From Flavobacteriaceae bacterium (GTDB lineage Bacteria; Bacteroidota; Bacteroidia; Flavobacteriales; Flavobacteriaceae): a DNA stretch of 64,000 nucleotides. Shown here piece after piece: positions 26,571 to 34,479 of the stretch. Location of the stretch: assembly GCA_016744415.1 (NCBI GenBank), contig JADGEL010000001.1:963855-1027854 (forward strand). The letters are read 5' to 3'. Under the pieces are notes generated by a model, which saw nothing but the letters and a program-made list of their open reading frames with translations, had not been told where the DNA came from and did no database searches. How positions within the stretch are numbered: the first letter of the stretch is position 1; each line of letters begins with the position of its first letter. The position numbers and the translations under genes were made by a program.

Positions 26571-27154
26571 AAAAATGGCTTCCTTTAATAATTATAGCAG
26601 TAGTAGCTTTTGGAATATACAGTTGGGCAGTTGGGTTCAATAATGGAGCAGTAGAAAAACAAGAAACGGCGAAAGCGCAATGGGCAAATGTTGAGTCAGC
26701 TTATCAGCGTAGAGCTGATTTAATTCCTAATTTAGTGAATACCGTAAAAGGTTATGCAAGTCATGAAAAAGAGACTTTAGAAGGTGTAATTAATGCAAGA
26801 GCAAAAGCAACAAGCACTACAATAGATCCTTCAAATGTTACTCCAGAGCAAATGGCTTCATTTCAACAAAATCAATCAGGTTTGTCGAGTGCATTGAGCA
26901 AATTGATGGTGGTGGTAGAGAAGTATCCTGATCTAAAAGCCAATCAAAACTTCTTAGAATTGCAAAGTCAATTAGAAGGAACGGAAAATAGAATTAATGT
27001 AGAGCGTAATAGATTTAACGGAATGGTTAAAGGATATAATATTATGATTCGTAAATTCCCAGGTAAATTATTGGCTGGTATTTTTGGTTTTGAACCAATG
27101 GTTTTGTTTAAAGCTGCTGAAGGTAGTGATGTTGCCCCAACAGTAGAATTTTAA
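26567..27154 (+). CDS. lemA: LemA-family membrane protein
   Basis: N-terminal TM helix. RRADLIPNLVNTVKGYASHEKETL and YPDLKANQNFLELQSQLEGTENRI motifs are present. Confidence 0.9.
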   Translation: MKKWLPLIIIAVVAFGIYSWAVGFNNGAVEKQETAKAQWANVESAYQRRADLIPNLVNTVKGYASHEKETLEGVINARAKATSTTIDPSNVTPEQMASFQQNQSGLSSALSKLMVVVEKYPDLKANQNFLELQSQLEGTENRINVERNRFNGMVKGYNIMIRKFPGKLLAGIFGFEPMVLFKAAEGSDVAPTVEF

Positions 27155-27163
27155 AATTTAGAA

Positions 27164-27601
27164 ATGCCAAAAATTGAAGATTTTTTTACTGCTGATGAAG
27201 AGCAGCAAGTAATAAATGCCATAAAGATAGCTGAGACAAATACGTCTGGTGAGATTCGTGTACATATAGAAAAGGCGACTGATAAAGATGCCCTAGTAAG
27301 AGCAACCGAGGTTTTTTATGAGTTAAAAATGAATGAGACACAATTGCAAAATGGCGTTTTATTTTATGTAGCAACAGAGAGTCATCATTTTGCGGTGTTG
27401 GGTGATAAAGGAATCAATGATTTAGTGCCAGATAGTTTTTGGGATACCGAAAAAGAATTGGCTTTATCGCACTTTAAAAAGCGAGAATTTGCAAAAGGTT
27501 TAGAATTAGCAATTTTAGAGGCTGGAAAAAAGCTACAAGAGTTTTTTCCATATCAATCAGATGACACCAATGAATTATCAGACGAAATATCAAAAGGATA
27601 A
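27164..27601 (+). CDS. TPM-domain protein (TLP18.3/Psb32 family)
   Basis: Size and position after lemA fit this family. The GEIRVHIE and GVLFYVA motifs are present. Confidence 0.7.
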   Translation: MPKIEDFFTADEEQQVINAIKIAETNTSGEIRVHIEKATDKDALVRATEVFYELKMNETQLQNGVLFYVATESHHFAVLGDKGINDLVPDSFWDTEKELALSHFKKREFAKGLELAILEAGKKLQEFFPYQSDDTNELSDEISKG

Positions 27602-28395
27602 TGAAGAAAGCTAAACAATTAATTTTCATCTTTTTTGTCGGATTATTATCCATCAATTTTCAAGGGTTTTCGCAGAGTGATATTCCTGATAAACCATCGT
27701 TTATACCAGCACTAATTGATAGCGCAAAAATATTAAATCAAGTTCAATTTGATGCGCTTTCAAGGAAACTAGAAAGATATAGCGATTCAACTTCGACAGA
27801 AATGTTTGTGATGATTCGTAAATCATTGTATGGAGCAGAAGTAAGTTCATATGCCGTAGAATTAGGACATAAATGGGAAATCGGTCAAAAAGAAAAGGAT
27901 AATGGGATTGTAATTTTAGTAGCAATTGATGATCGAAAAGTTTGGATTTCTGCTGGATATGGAGTTGAACATTTATTGACTGATGCGCTAACAAGTAGAG
28001 TTTATAGAAATATAATTGTTCCAAATTTTAAGCAACAAAACTATTATCAAGGATTAGATCAAGCAACCGATGCTGTTTTTCAAATCATGATGGGTGAGTA
28101 TCAAAATGACAATCCAAAAGATGATGATAAAGGATTGTTTAGACTTATACCTGTAATCTTTTTTATCATTATTATAATTATTATTTCTCGTCGCAATAAA
28201 GGTGGAGGAAAAAACGGAGGTAAACACTCAGCAGCGAGCACTTTATTAGATGTACTTATTTTGAGCAGTTTGGGACGTGGCGGTTTTGGAGGAGGAAGTA
28301 GTTCTGGCGGTTTTGGTGGTAGCTCTGGCGGAGGCTTTGGAGGCTTCGGTGGAGGTGGCGGTTTCGGCGGTGGCGGTGCTGGTGGAGGATGGTAA
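27601..28395 (+). CDS. TPM-domain membrane protein (YgcG-like) with a Gly-rich C-terminal tail
   Basis: Signal peptide, then a TPM core (NGIVILVAIDDRKVWISAGYGVE), TM helix LIPVIFFIIIIIIIS, and a GGFGGGSSSGGFGG... tail. TAATG overlap with the previous gene. Confidence 0.8.
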   Translation: MKKAKQLIFIFFVGLLSINFQGFSQSDIPDKPSFIPALIDSAKILNQVQFDALSRKLERYSDSTSTEMFVMIRKSLYGAEVSSYAVELGHKWEIGQKEKDNGIVILVAIDDRKVWISAGYGVEHLLTDALTSRVYRNIIVPNFKQQNYYQGLDQATDAVFQIMMGEYQNDNPKDDDKGLFRLIPVIFFIIIIIIISRRNKGGGKNGGKHSAASTLLDVLILSSLGRGGFGGGSSSGGFGGSSGGGFGGFGGGGGFGGGGAGGGW

Positions 28396-28418
28396 AGCCC
28401 AATAAAAATATTAAACTA

Positions 28419-28449
28419 AAAAAGCCAAATCAATTGATTTGGCTTTTTT
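28419..28449 (+). terminator. Rho-independent terminator
   Basis: GCCAAATC aatt GATTTGGC (28424-28443) followed by T6. Confidence 0.85.
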
Positions 28450-28919
28450 AGTTTAAAGAGGAGAGTTTAAAAATATCAAAACACTCAAATGTCAGACAGT
28501 AAGTTGATTACAAAATTAATATCTCGCGGTTTACCGTGATATTTCAAAAATAATTACAAATTCTTGCCCAAATAGGTTTTTTTTTTTTTAGATTTACTAT
28601 TGTAAAAGAAAAATTTCGGACCCCAAATCCAAAAAAATTTATTATCATTCCTGTGTTGGCAGGAATCTATTATACGCATTACTTACTATTGATGTGTGTA
28701 AATACTGTATATACAAAATAGAGCGTATAGAAAACCTCTGTTTGTAAAAATTTTAAGAATACAAATGATCTAATAAATGTTTAATCTAAAACCAACAACT
28801 AATGATATAGCTATTTAAATACAAACAGAGGAAGTATTACAAAAGTAAGACACCTCGTAGGATTAACAAATTTTAATGGGCAATAATGCCTAAATTTTAA
28901 CTTATTAAATTTTACGATT

Positions 28920-29363
28920 ATGAAAAGAGCACCATATTTATTACTATTATTAACCATTCTTGTATTTACAATTTCATGTACAAACTCAATTGCAGAAGAT
29001 ATTTCAAATAATGAATCTATTGTAATTGGGGGTATGGATTTAAATGGAGCAAGAAAAGCTCAAAAAATATTTTCAATAAATGATTTTAAAGTTTTTTCTT
29101 TTGAAAAAACCTCTGTTGTTAATAAATTAAGTGAAGAAGTTAAAGAAGATTTTATTAATAATTTGATGTTTGGTGATGGCGGTATGCTTGCAACTGCAAA
29201 ATATGTTGGGATTGAAAAAGAACTTTCAAAAGAAGATCAAGAGATTTTTTGGGCTGTTCTTGGAGTTGAATATCTTTTGCTTCCTGATCATAAGGGCTAT
29301 AGATGTGAAAGCCCTAATAATTGCAAAATAAGTAGCGAATATATTTGTATGTCTGGCTGTTAG
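28920..29363 (+). CDS. Small lipoprotein with a Cys-rich extreme C-terminus
   Basis: Lipobox VFTISC. The C-terminus is ...GYRCESPNNCKISSEYICMSGC (C-x5-C-x7-C-x3-C at the very end). No recognisable family. Confidence 0.55.
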   Translation: MKRAPYLLLLLTILVFTISCTNSIAEDISNNESIVIGGMDLNGARKAQKIFSINDFKVFSFEKTSVVNKLSEEVKEDFINNLMFGDGGMLATAKYVGIEKELSKEDQEIFWAVLGVEYLLLPDHKGYRCESPNNCKISSEYICMSGC

Positions 29364-29377
29364 TAAATTTTAATGCT

Positions 29378-29411
29378 AAACCAACTAATATTAGTATTAG
29401 TTGGTTTTTTT
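29378..29411 (+). terminator. Rho-independent terminator
   Basis: CCAACTAAT(29381-29389)/ATTAGTTGG(29396-29404) followed by T7. Confidence 0.8.
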
Positions 29412-29423
29412 AATTAGTTTTTC

Positions 29424-30521
29424 ATGAATCATTTTAAATTATATTTTTTAATGTTATTGTTTTTTGGTTGTCAAAATCAATTAAATTCTGATTTTGTAAT
29501 TAAAGAATTTAACAAAAATGCAGATTCGTATAAAAAAATAGAATATCAAGTAGTTCGAATTGATACTTTTAGCCAAGAATCAACAATGAATAGAGGTGGC
29601 TTAGTTTTATTGGAACAAAATGAGAATGATAAATTGTTTGGAATGTCATTCTATGCAATTCCAAATTCAACTAACAAGGAATATTTACATGATAATAATA
29701 GAGCCTTTGAAATTTCAAAAGAAAATAAATCATATAAAGTGGAAAAGTCATATTATGGTTTTTTAGGAAGCCCTGGAGGACAATTGATATCTGAAAATTT
29801 AATTCGATTAGATACTGTTTATAAATCTGTTAGTTTAATAGAAACTAAAAATAGTTATAAGCTCAATTATCAATTTGAAAACGACACTGTCTACAATATT
29901 TCAAATATCAGAAAAGAAATTTTTATAAATAAGCAGACTTTTATACCATTCAAAATTGTAAAGACTTCTGAAAGATTTGGTGAAAAACACTCACAGTTTT
30001 TTATCATTGAAGATGTAAAAATAAATGAGCAGGTTGACAACTCAATTGAGATATATAAGAATAGTTTACAAAACTTTGTGATGGAAGAGGTTATAGAAAT
30101 AAAGAAAAATTCGAAAATTGGACTGCAGTTCTATTTGAAAAACCTTCAAAATATCAATACTAATAAATTAGTACATCTTCAAGAAAATACACCAACTCTA
30201 ATTTCTTTTTGGGAAGTCTGGTGCGGACCTTGTATTCGTTCGTTGCCTAAAATTAATTCACTCCATCATAAGTATAAAAATAATGTCCATATTATTGGGG
30301 TTACAACGGAAAGCCAAAAAAGTGTTAAGAAAATGTTGGTAGCAAAAAACATTGATTATTTAAATTTAATTGGAACAAATGAACTCCATAAATTATATGA
30401 GATAAACAGTTTTCCTACTTATTTTCTTTTGGACAAAAACGGTATCATCGTAAAAGAATATTTTCATTTTTCAAATGAAATAGAAAAAGATATAAAGAAA
30501 TTAATTCTTACTTCTGTCTAA
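29424..30521 (+). CDS. TlpA-like thiol:disulfide oxidoreductase (N-terminal unknown domain plus thioredoxin fold)
   Basis: Signal peptide. The C-terminal ~130 aa carry the [14 protein letters not shown] active site and a [14 protein letters not shown] cis-Pro region. Confidence 0.8.
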   Translation: MNHFKLYFLMLLFFGCQNQLNSDFVIKEFNKNADSYKKIEYQVVRIDTFSQESTMNRGGLVLLEQNENDKLFGMSFYAIPNSTNKEYLHDNNRAFEISKENKSYKVEKSYYGFLGSPGGQLISENLIRLDTVYKSVSLIETKNSYKLNYQFENDTVYNISNIRKEIFINKQTFIPFKIVKTSERFGEKHSQFFIIEDVKINEQVDNSIEIYKNSLQNFVMEEVIEIKKNSKIGLQFYLKNLQNINTNKLVHLQENTPTLISFWEVWCGPCIRSLPKINSLHHKYKNNVHIIGVTTESQKSVKKMLVAKNIDYLNLIGTNELHKLYEINSFPTYFLLDKNGIIVKEYFHFSNEIEKDIKKLILTSV

Positions 30522-31812
30522 AATAAATTGTTATAGGTACTCCGTTAAAATCATAAATTTCGCGGAGTTTGTTTTCAATAAATCGTTTGTAAGGGTCGCG
30601 AACATATTGCGGAAGATTACAGAAAAACACAAACTGAGGTGTTGGTGTTGGTAACTGCATACAGTATTTTATTTTTACGAATTTACCTTTCCATGCTGGA
30701 GGAGAATTTTGTTTTACAATCTCTAACATCGTTTCATTTAACTTGCTAGTAGGAATCCTTTTCTTCCGATTTTCAAAAACTTGTACCGCCGTTTCAATTG
30801 CTTTAAAGATTCGTTGTTTAGTTAAAACCGATGTAAAAATAATTGGTACATCAGTAAAAGGTGCAATTTCTTTGCGAACCATAGCTTCGTAATCTCGCAT
30901 GGTATTGGTTTCTTTATCTACCAAATCCCATTTGTTTACGAGTACAACAACACCTTTTTTATTTTTCTCAGCCAACCAAAAAATACTTTGATCTTGCCCT
31001 TCAAAACTACGAGTAGCATCAATCATTACAATGGCAACATCGCAATGCTCAATGGTTCGTACAGCACGCATCACGGAGTAGAATTCTAAATCTTCTTTTA
31101 CTTTTGCTTTACGTCTAATTCCGGCAGTATCAACTAAATTAAAATCAAACCCAAAACGGTTGTATTTAGTATCAATAGAATCACGAGTAGTACCAGCAAT
31201 ATCAGTTACAATGTTTCTTTCAACTCCAATTAAAGCGTTTATAAAAGAAGATTTTCCAGCATTAGGGCGTCCAACCACAGCAAAACGAGGAAGATCATCA
31301 GCTTCTTGTTCAGCATCCTCAGGAATAATTTTAGCAACTGTATCTAACAATTCACCTGTGCCACTACCGTTGATAGAAGAGATAGTATAATATTCACCCA
31401 AACCTAAATTATAGAATTCATAAGCTTCTTCTTCTCGCATTGCATTGTCAACTTTATTGACTGCGATAAAAACAGGTTTTTTTACTTTGCGTAATAAGTT
31501 GGCAACTTCAGTATCCATCGGTGTAATACCTTCAGTAACATCCACTACAAAAACAATGATATCAGCTTCATCAATCGCTAAATCTACTTGCTTGCGAATT
31601 TCTTCTTCAAAAATATCATCAGACCCTACAGCATATCCACCAGTATCGATTACTGAAAAATTCTTACCGTTCCAGTCAGACTTTCCGTAATGTCTATCTC
31701 GGGTAACTCCACTAACGGAATCAACAATAGCATCTCTACGTTGAATTAATCTATTAAACAAGGTAGATTTTCCGACATTTGGTCTCCCAACAATTGCTAC
31801 AATGGTATTCAT
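30508..31812 (-). CDS. der: Ribosome-associated GTPase Der (EngA)
   Basis: Two tandem G domains ([32 protein letters not shown]) plus a KH-like C-terminus. Confidence 0.95.
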   Translation of the reverse strand: MNTIVAIVGRPNVGKSTLFNRLIQRRDAIVDSVSGVTRDRHYGKSDWNGKNFSVIDTGGYAVGSDDIFEEEIRKQVDLAIDEADIIVFVVDVTEGITPMDTEVANLLRKVKKPVFIAVNKVDNAMREEEAYEFYNLGLGEYYTISSINGSGTGELLDTVAKIIPEDAEQEADDLPRFAVVGRPNAGKSSFINALIGVERNIVTDIAGTTRDSIDTKYNRFGFDFNLVDTAGIRRKAKVKEDLEFYSVMRAVRTIEHCDVAIVMIDATRSFEGQDQSIFWLAEKNKKGVVVLVNKWDLVDKETNTMRDYEAMVRKEIAPFTDVPIIFTSVLTKQRIFKAIETAVQVFENRKKRIPTSKLNETMLEIVKQNSPPAWKGKFVKIKYCMQLPTPTPQFVFFCNLPQYVRDPYKRFIENKLREIYDFNGVPITIYFRQK

Positions 31813-31914
31813 TTCTGATATATTTTTTGCAAAGATAGTGATTAGCGATTCGATTACTATAAATATTTAAAAAATAGTATATTACAATCCTTTATAATTT
31901 AGTGTTGATTTTTT

Positions 31915-32418
31915 ATGAGTGAAGAAAAAAATAGTGAGGTATTTCTTAGGCCACGTTTCAGAATTGATTTTGAAGAAAGTGAAAAGGATTTGATTGAACG
32001 ATTCAAAAATAATTTGAATGATGGTGAGTGTAAATATTGCAGTAAAATTGTAGATCAACATATTGTGATTGATGTACCTTTTGATGAAGATCATTTTTGG
32101 TCGCCACAATTAAATATCGAAATTGTAAAAGGTGAATCAAGTGAAAGTATTGTAAAAGGTTTGTTTGGTCCAAAGCCTCAAGTTTGGACTTTTTTTATGT
32201 TTTTGCACTTTGTAGTCGGAATTACATTCCTTATATTTTTAACCTTATTGTATGTAAGATGGGCGTTTGAATCTAGTATGGTTTTTCCTACAATTATGGT
32301 AATTACACTCCCAATTATATGGTTAATTCTTTATGTTTTTGGCAGATGGGGAAGAAGGCAAGGGAAAGAGCAAATGGAAGAATTACATTCTTTTTTATTA
32401 AAAACCTTAAGTAAGTAA
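31915..32418 (+). CDS. Hypothetical membrane protein
   Basis: Soluble N-terminal half followed by two TM helices (VWTFFMFLHFVVGITFLIFLTLLYV, VFPTIMVITLPIIWLILYVF). Confidence 0.6.
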   Translation: MSEEKNSEVFLRPRFRIDFEESEKDLIERFKNNLNDGECKYCSKIVDQHIVIDVPFDEDHFWSPQLNIEIVKGESSESIVKGLFGPKPQVWTFFMFLHFVVGITFLIFLTLLYVRWAFESSMVFPTIMVITLPIIWLILYVFGRWGRRQGKEQMEELHSFLLKTLSK

Positions 32419-32560
32419 CAACTAAAAATTGGATTAGATACTTGTGGTTTATTAGAACTCTTGATTTGTATAATCAATATATACACAATCAATTAACAAG
32501 ACGTTAATTTGCTGAGAAACTATCGATTTTTTTAGTGTAAACGTAGTTTAAAATAGAAGT

Positions 32561-33265
32561 TTACTTCATTAGCTTCTTTAGCACATCATTTTTATAGGTT
32601 CTCCCAATTGGGATTTTATGATTGTTTTTTAAGAAGATAAAACTTGAGGATGTTTTGATAATTTTATTAGTGTTTAGAATGTAGGATTTGTGTACTCGAA
32701 TAAAGCCATAGCTATTTAATTTTTCTTCCCAATATTTTAAAGATTCTCCCGAAATATATTTTTTATTATCCAAATAGATATCGGTATAATCTGCATCAGA
32801 ATTAATATATAAAATTGAATTGATATTTATTTTATAATGTTCATGCCCTGATTTTATATATATATTATACTTATGATTAGTATTATTTTCAGTAGTATTT
32901 TTTGATATCTTATTTAATCTTTCAGTGACTTTTGAAACGGCTTTGACAAAGCGTTGAAAAGAAAAAGGCTTTAATAAATAATCTACAACATTTAATTCAT
33001 AACTCTCTAAAGCATATTCTGTAAATGCTGTTGTAAGAATTATTTTTGGTGGATTTGTAAGGGATTTTAAAAAATCGATTCCAGATATTTTTGGCAAGTG
33101 AATATCTAAAAAAATGAGATCAACCTCATAAGATTTCAAAGTATCTAATGCTAAAATTGCATTAGAAAAAACACCTAGTAAGTTTAATGAGCCAACGTCT
33201 TCAATGTATTTTTTTAAAATACGTTGTGCAGGTAATTGATCTTCTATAATAATACAGTTCATCAT
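32561..33265 (-). CDS. LytTR-family response regulator
   Basis: REC domain (IIEDQ, FLDIHLP, LLKP) plus a LytTR domain (FIRVHKSYILN). Confidence 0.9.
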   Translation of the reverse strand: MMNCIIIEDQLPAQRILKKYIEDVGSLNLLGVFSNAILALDTLKSYEVDLIFLDIHLPKISGIDFLKSLTNPPKIILTTAFTEYALESYELNVVDYLLKPFSFQRFVKAVSKVTERLNKISKNTTENNTNHKYNIYIKSGHEHYKININSILYINSDADYTDIYLDNKKYISGESLKYWEEKLNSYGFIRVHKSYILNTNKIIKTSSSFIFLKNNHKIPIGRTYKNDVLKKLMK

Positions 33266-34287
33266 ATAAGATTATTTTTTAATTGTAATGATAATTGTAC
33301 GCTGTATATGTTATTGGTGTCAGTAATTGATAAAATGTATTCCTTAGGATATAGTAAATCAAGTCTTTTTTTTACATTTTCTAGACCAATTCCTTTTGAA
33401 AGATTTTCGGTATTTGATTCTTGTTGAAAAGAATTTTTACAGTTAAAGATAAGCAAACCAGTATCATCTAATTTTAAATCAATTTCTATATCTATATTTT
33501 CAGTAAGGCTAGAAGAGCTATGCTTAAAAGCATTTTCTACAAATACCATTAAAACAAGTGGAGCAATTTGAAAACCAGCAGTATTTATTTCGTGGGTAAA
33601 ATTTACTTTTCCTCTGCCTTCAATTTGAAGATTTCCTAATTGAATAAAGTTTTGAAGCTGTTCAATTTCTTTATTTAGAGAAACATATTTTACCTTACAT
33701 TCATAAAGCATATAACGTAAAATAGATGAAAGTGCTAATATGATTTCTGGAGTTTTTGGTGATTGTTCAACAGCATGAGCATATAAATTATTCATGTTGT
33801 TGAATAGGAAATGAGGGTTTATCTGCGACTTTAAAAACTGCAATTCACTTTCTTGTACCATCACTTTTAATTCGTCTAGTTGACGTTGTTTGGTAGTAGC
33901 ATCCCAAGCCAGTTTAAAGCCAGAAATGATAATTATTGGAGGTAGAACATCTAGTAATGTATATAAAATGTTTGAGAAATGACTTCCTCTTGTGTCCGGA
34001 AAAAAGAGTTGTTCGATTACCCCTTCTTCTATTAATATGACTGCAGAAATGAGTAGAATAAAATAAATAATAAAACGAAAATAATTCTTCTTATAAATAA
34101 ATTTAGGGAATAAGAAATAGCTAATTATTAGTGCAGCAATCGTATAATTTAAGAAGAAAATAATTTCATGAAGTTCAATAAAGGGTTTTTTCCTATCAAA
34201 AGAATAAAATAGAAAAGTAACTAAAATAAAAACACCATAGAATAGTAATTCTTTTAGGTTCTTATTTTGATTATTGAGTGTTCCCAT
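33262..34287 (-). CDS. Membrane sensor histidine kinase, LytS/YehU type
   Basis: Four or five N-terminal TM helices, the QINPHFLFNNMNNLY H box, and an HATPase region (FVENAFKHS). A 4-nt overlap with the regulator is present. Confidence 0.85.
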   Translation of the reverse strand: MGTLNNQNKNLKELLFYGVFILVTFLFYSFDRKKPFIELHEIIFFLNYTIAALIISYFLFPKFIYKKNYFRFIIYFILLISAVILIEEGVIEQLFFPDTRGSHFSNILYTLLDVLPPIIIISGFKLAWDATTKQRQLDELKVMVQESELQFLKSQINPHFLFNNMNNLYAHAVEQSPKTPEIILALSSILRYMLYECKVKYVSLNKEIEQLQNFIQLGNLQIEGRGKVNFTHEINTAGFQIAPLVLMVFVENAFKHSSSSLTENIDIEIDLKLDDTGLLIFNCKNSFQQESNTENLSKGIGLENVKKRLDLLYPKEYILSITDTNNIYSVQLSLQLKNNLI

Positions 34288-34479
34288 ATAACAAATATAA
34301 ATACAATCATATTATAGATGTAATAATTATCTGCAATCGACACTTTTCTTCTGTTCAATGACATGATATTTTAACAGAGGGTGTATTTTAAAGGAATGAA
34401 ATGGTAGTTGAAAGAAATGTATTTTTTATTAGCATAAATTGGTTTTAATTTGAGCTCGAATGAATAGCATCAGATACTT

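Noticed and set aside
28210-28395. GGN-rich repetitive DNA considered as a tandem repeat or CRISPR-like array
   Set aside because: It is in frame within the TPM protein and simply encodes a Gly/Ser/Phe low-complexity tail. There is no repeat-spacer organisation. No CRISPR-like array was seen anywhere in the window.
28489-28539. 16-codon mini-ORF (MSDSKLITKLISRGLP) in the long non-coding region
   Set aside because: There is no ribosome-binding context, no conservation evidence and no recognisable peptide class. Nothing distinguishes it from chance.
34288-34479. Possible riboswitch (for example cobalamin) upstream of the TonB-type receptor gene
   Set aside because: I saw no B12-box-like core and no extended conserved stems. 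The region looks like an ordinary AT-rich divergent promoter shared with the LytS/LytTR pair.
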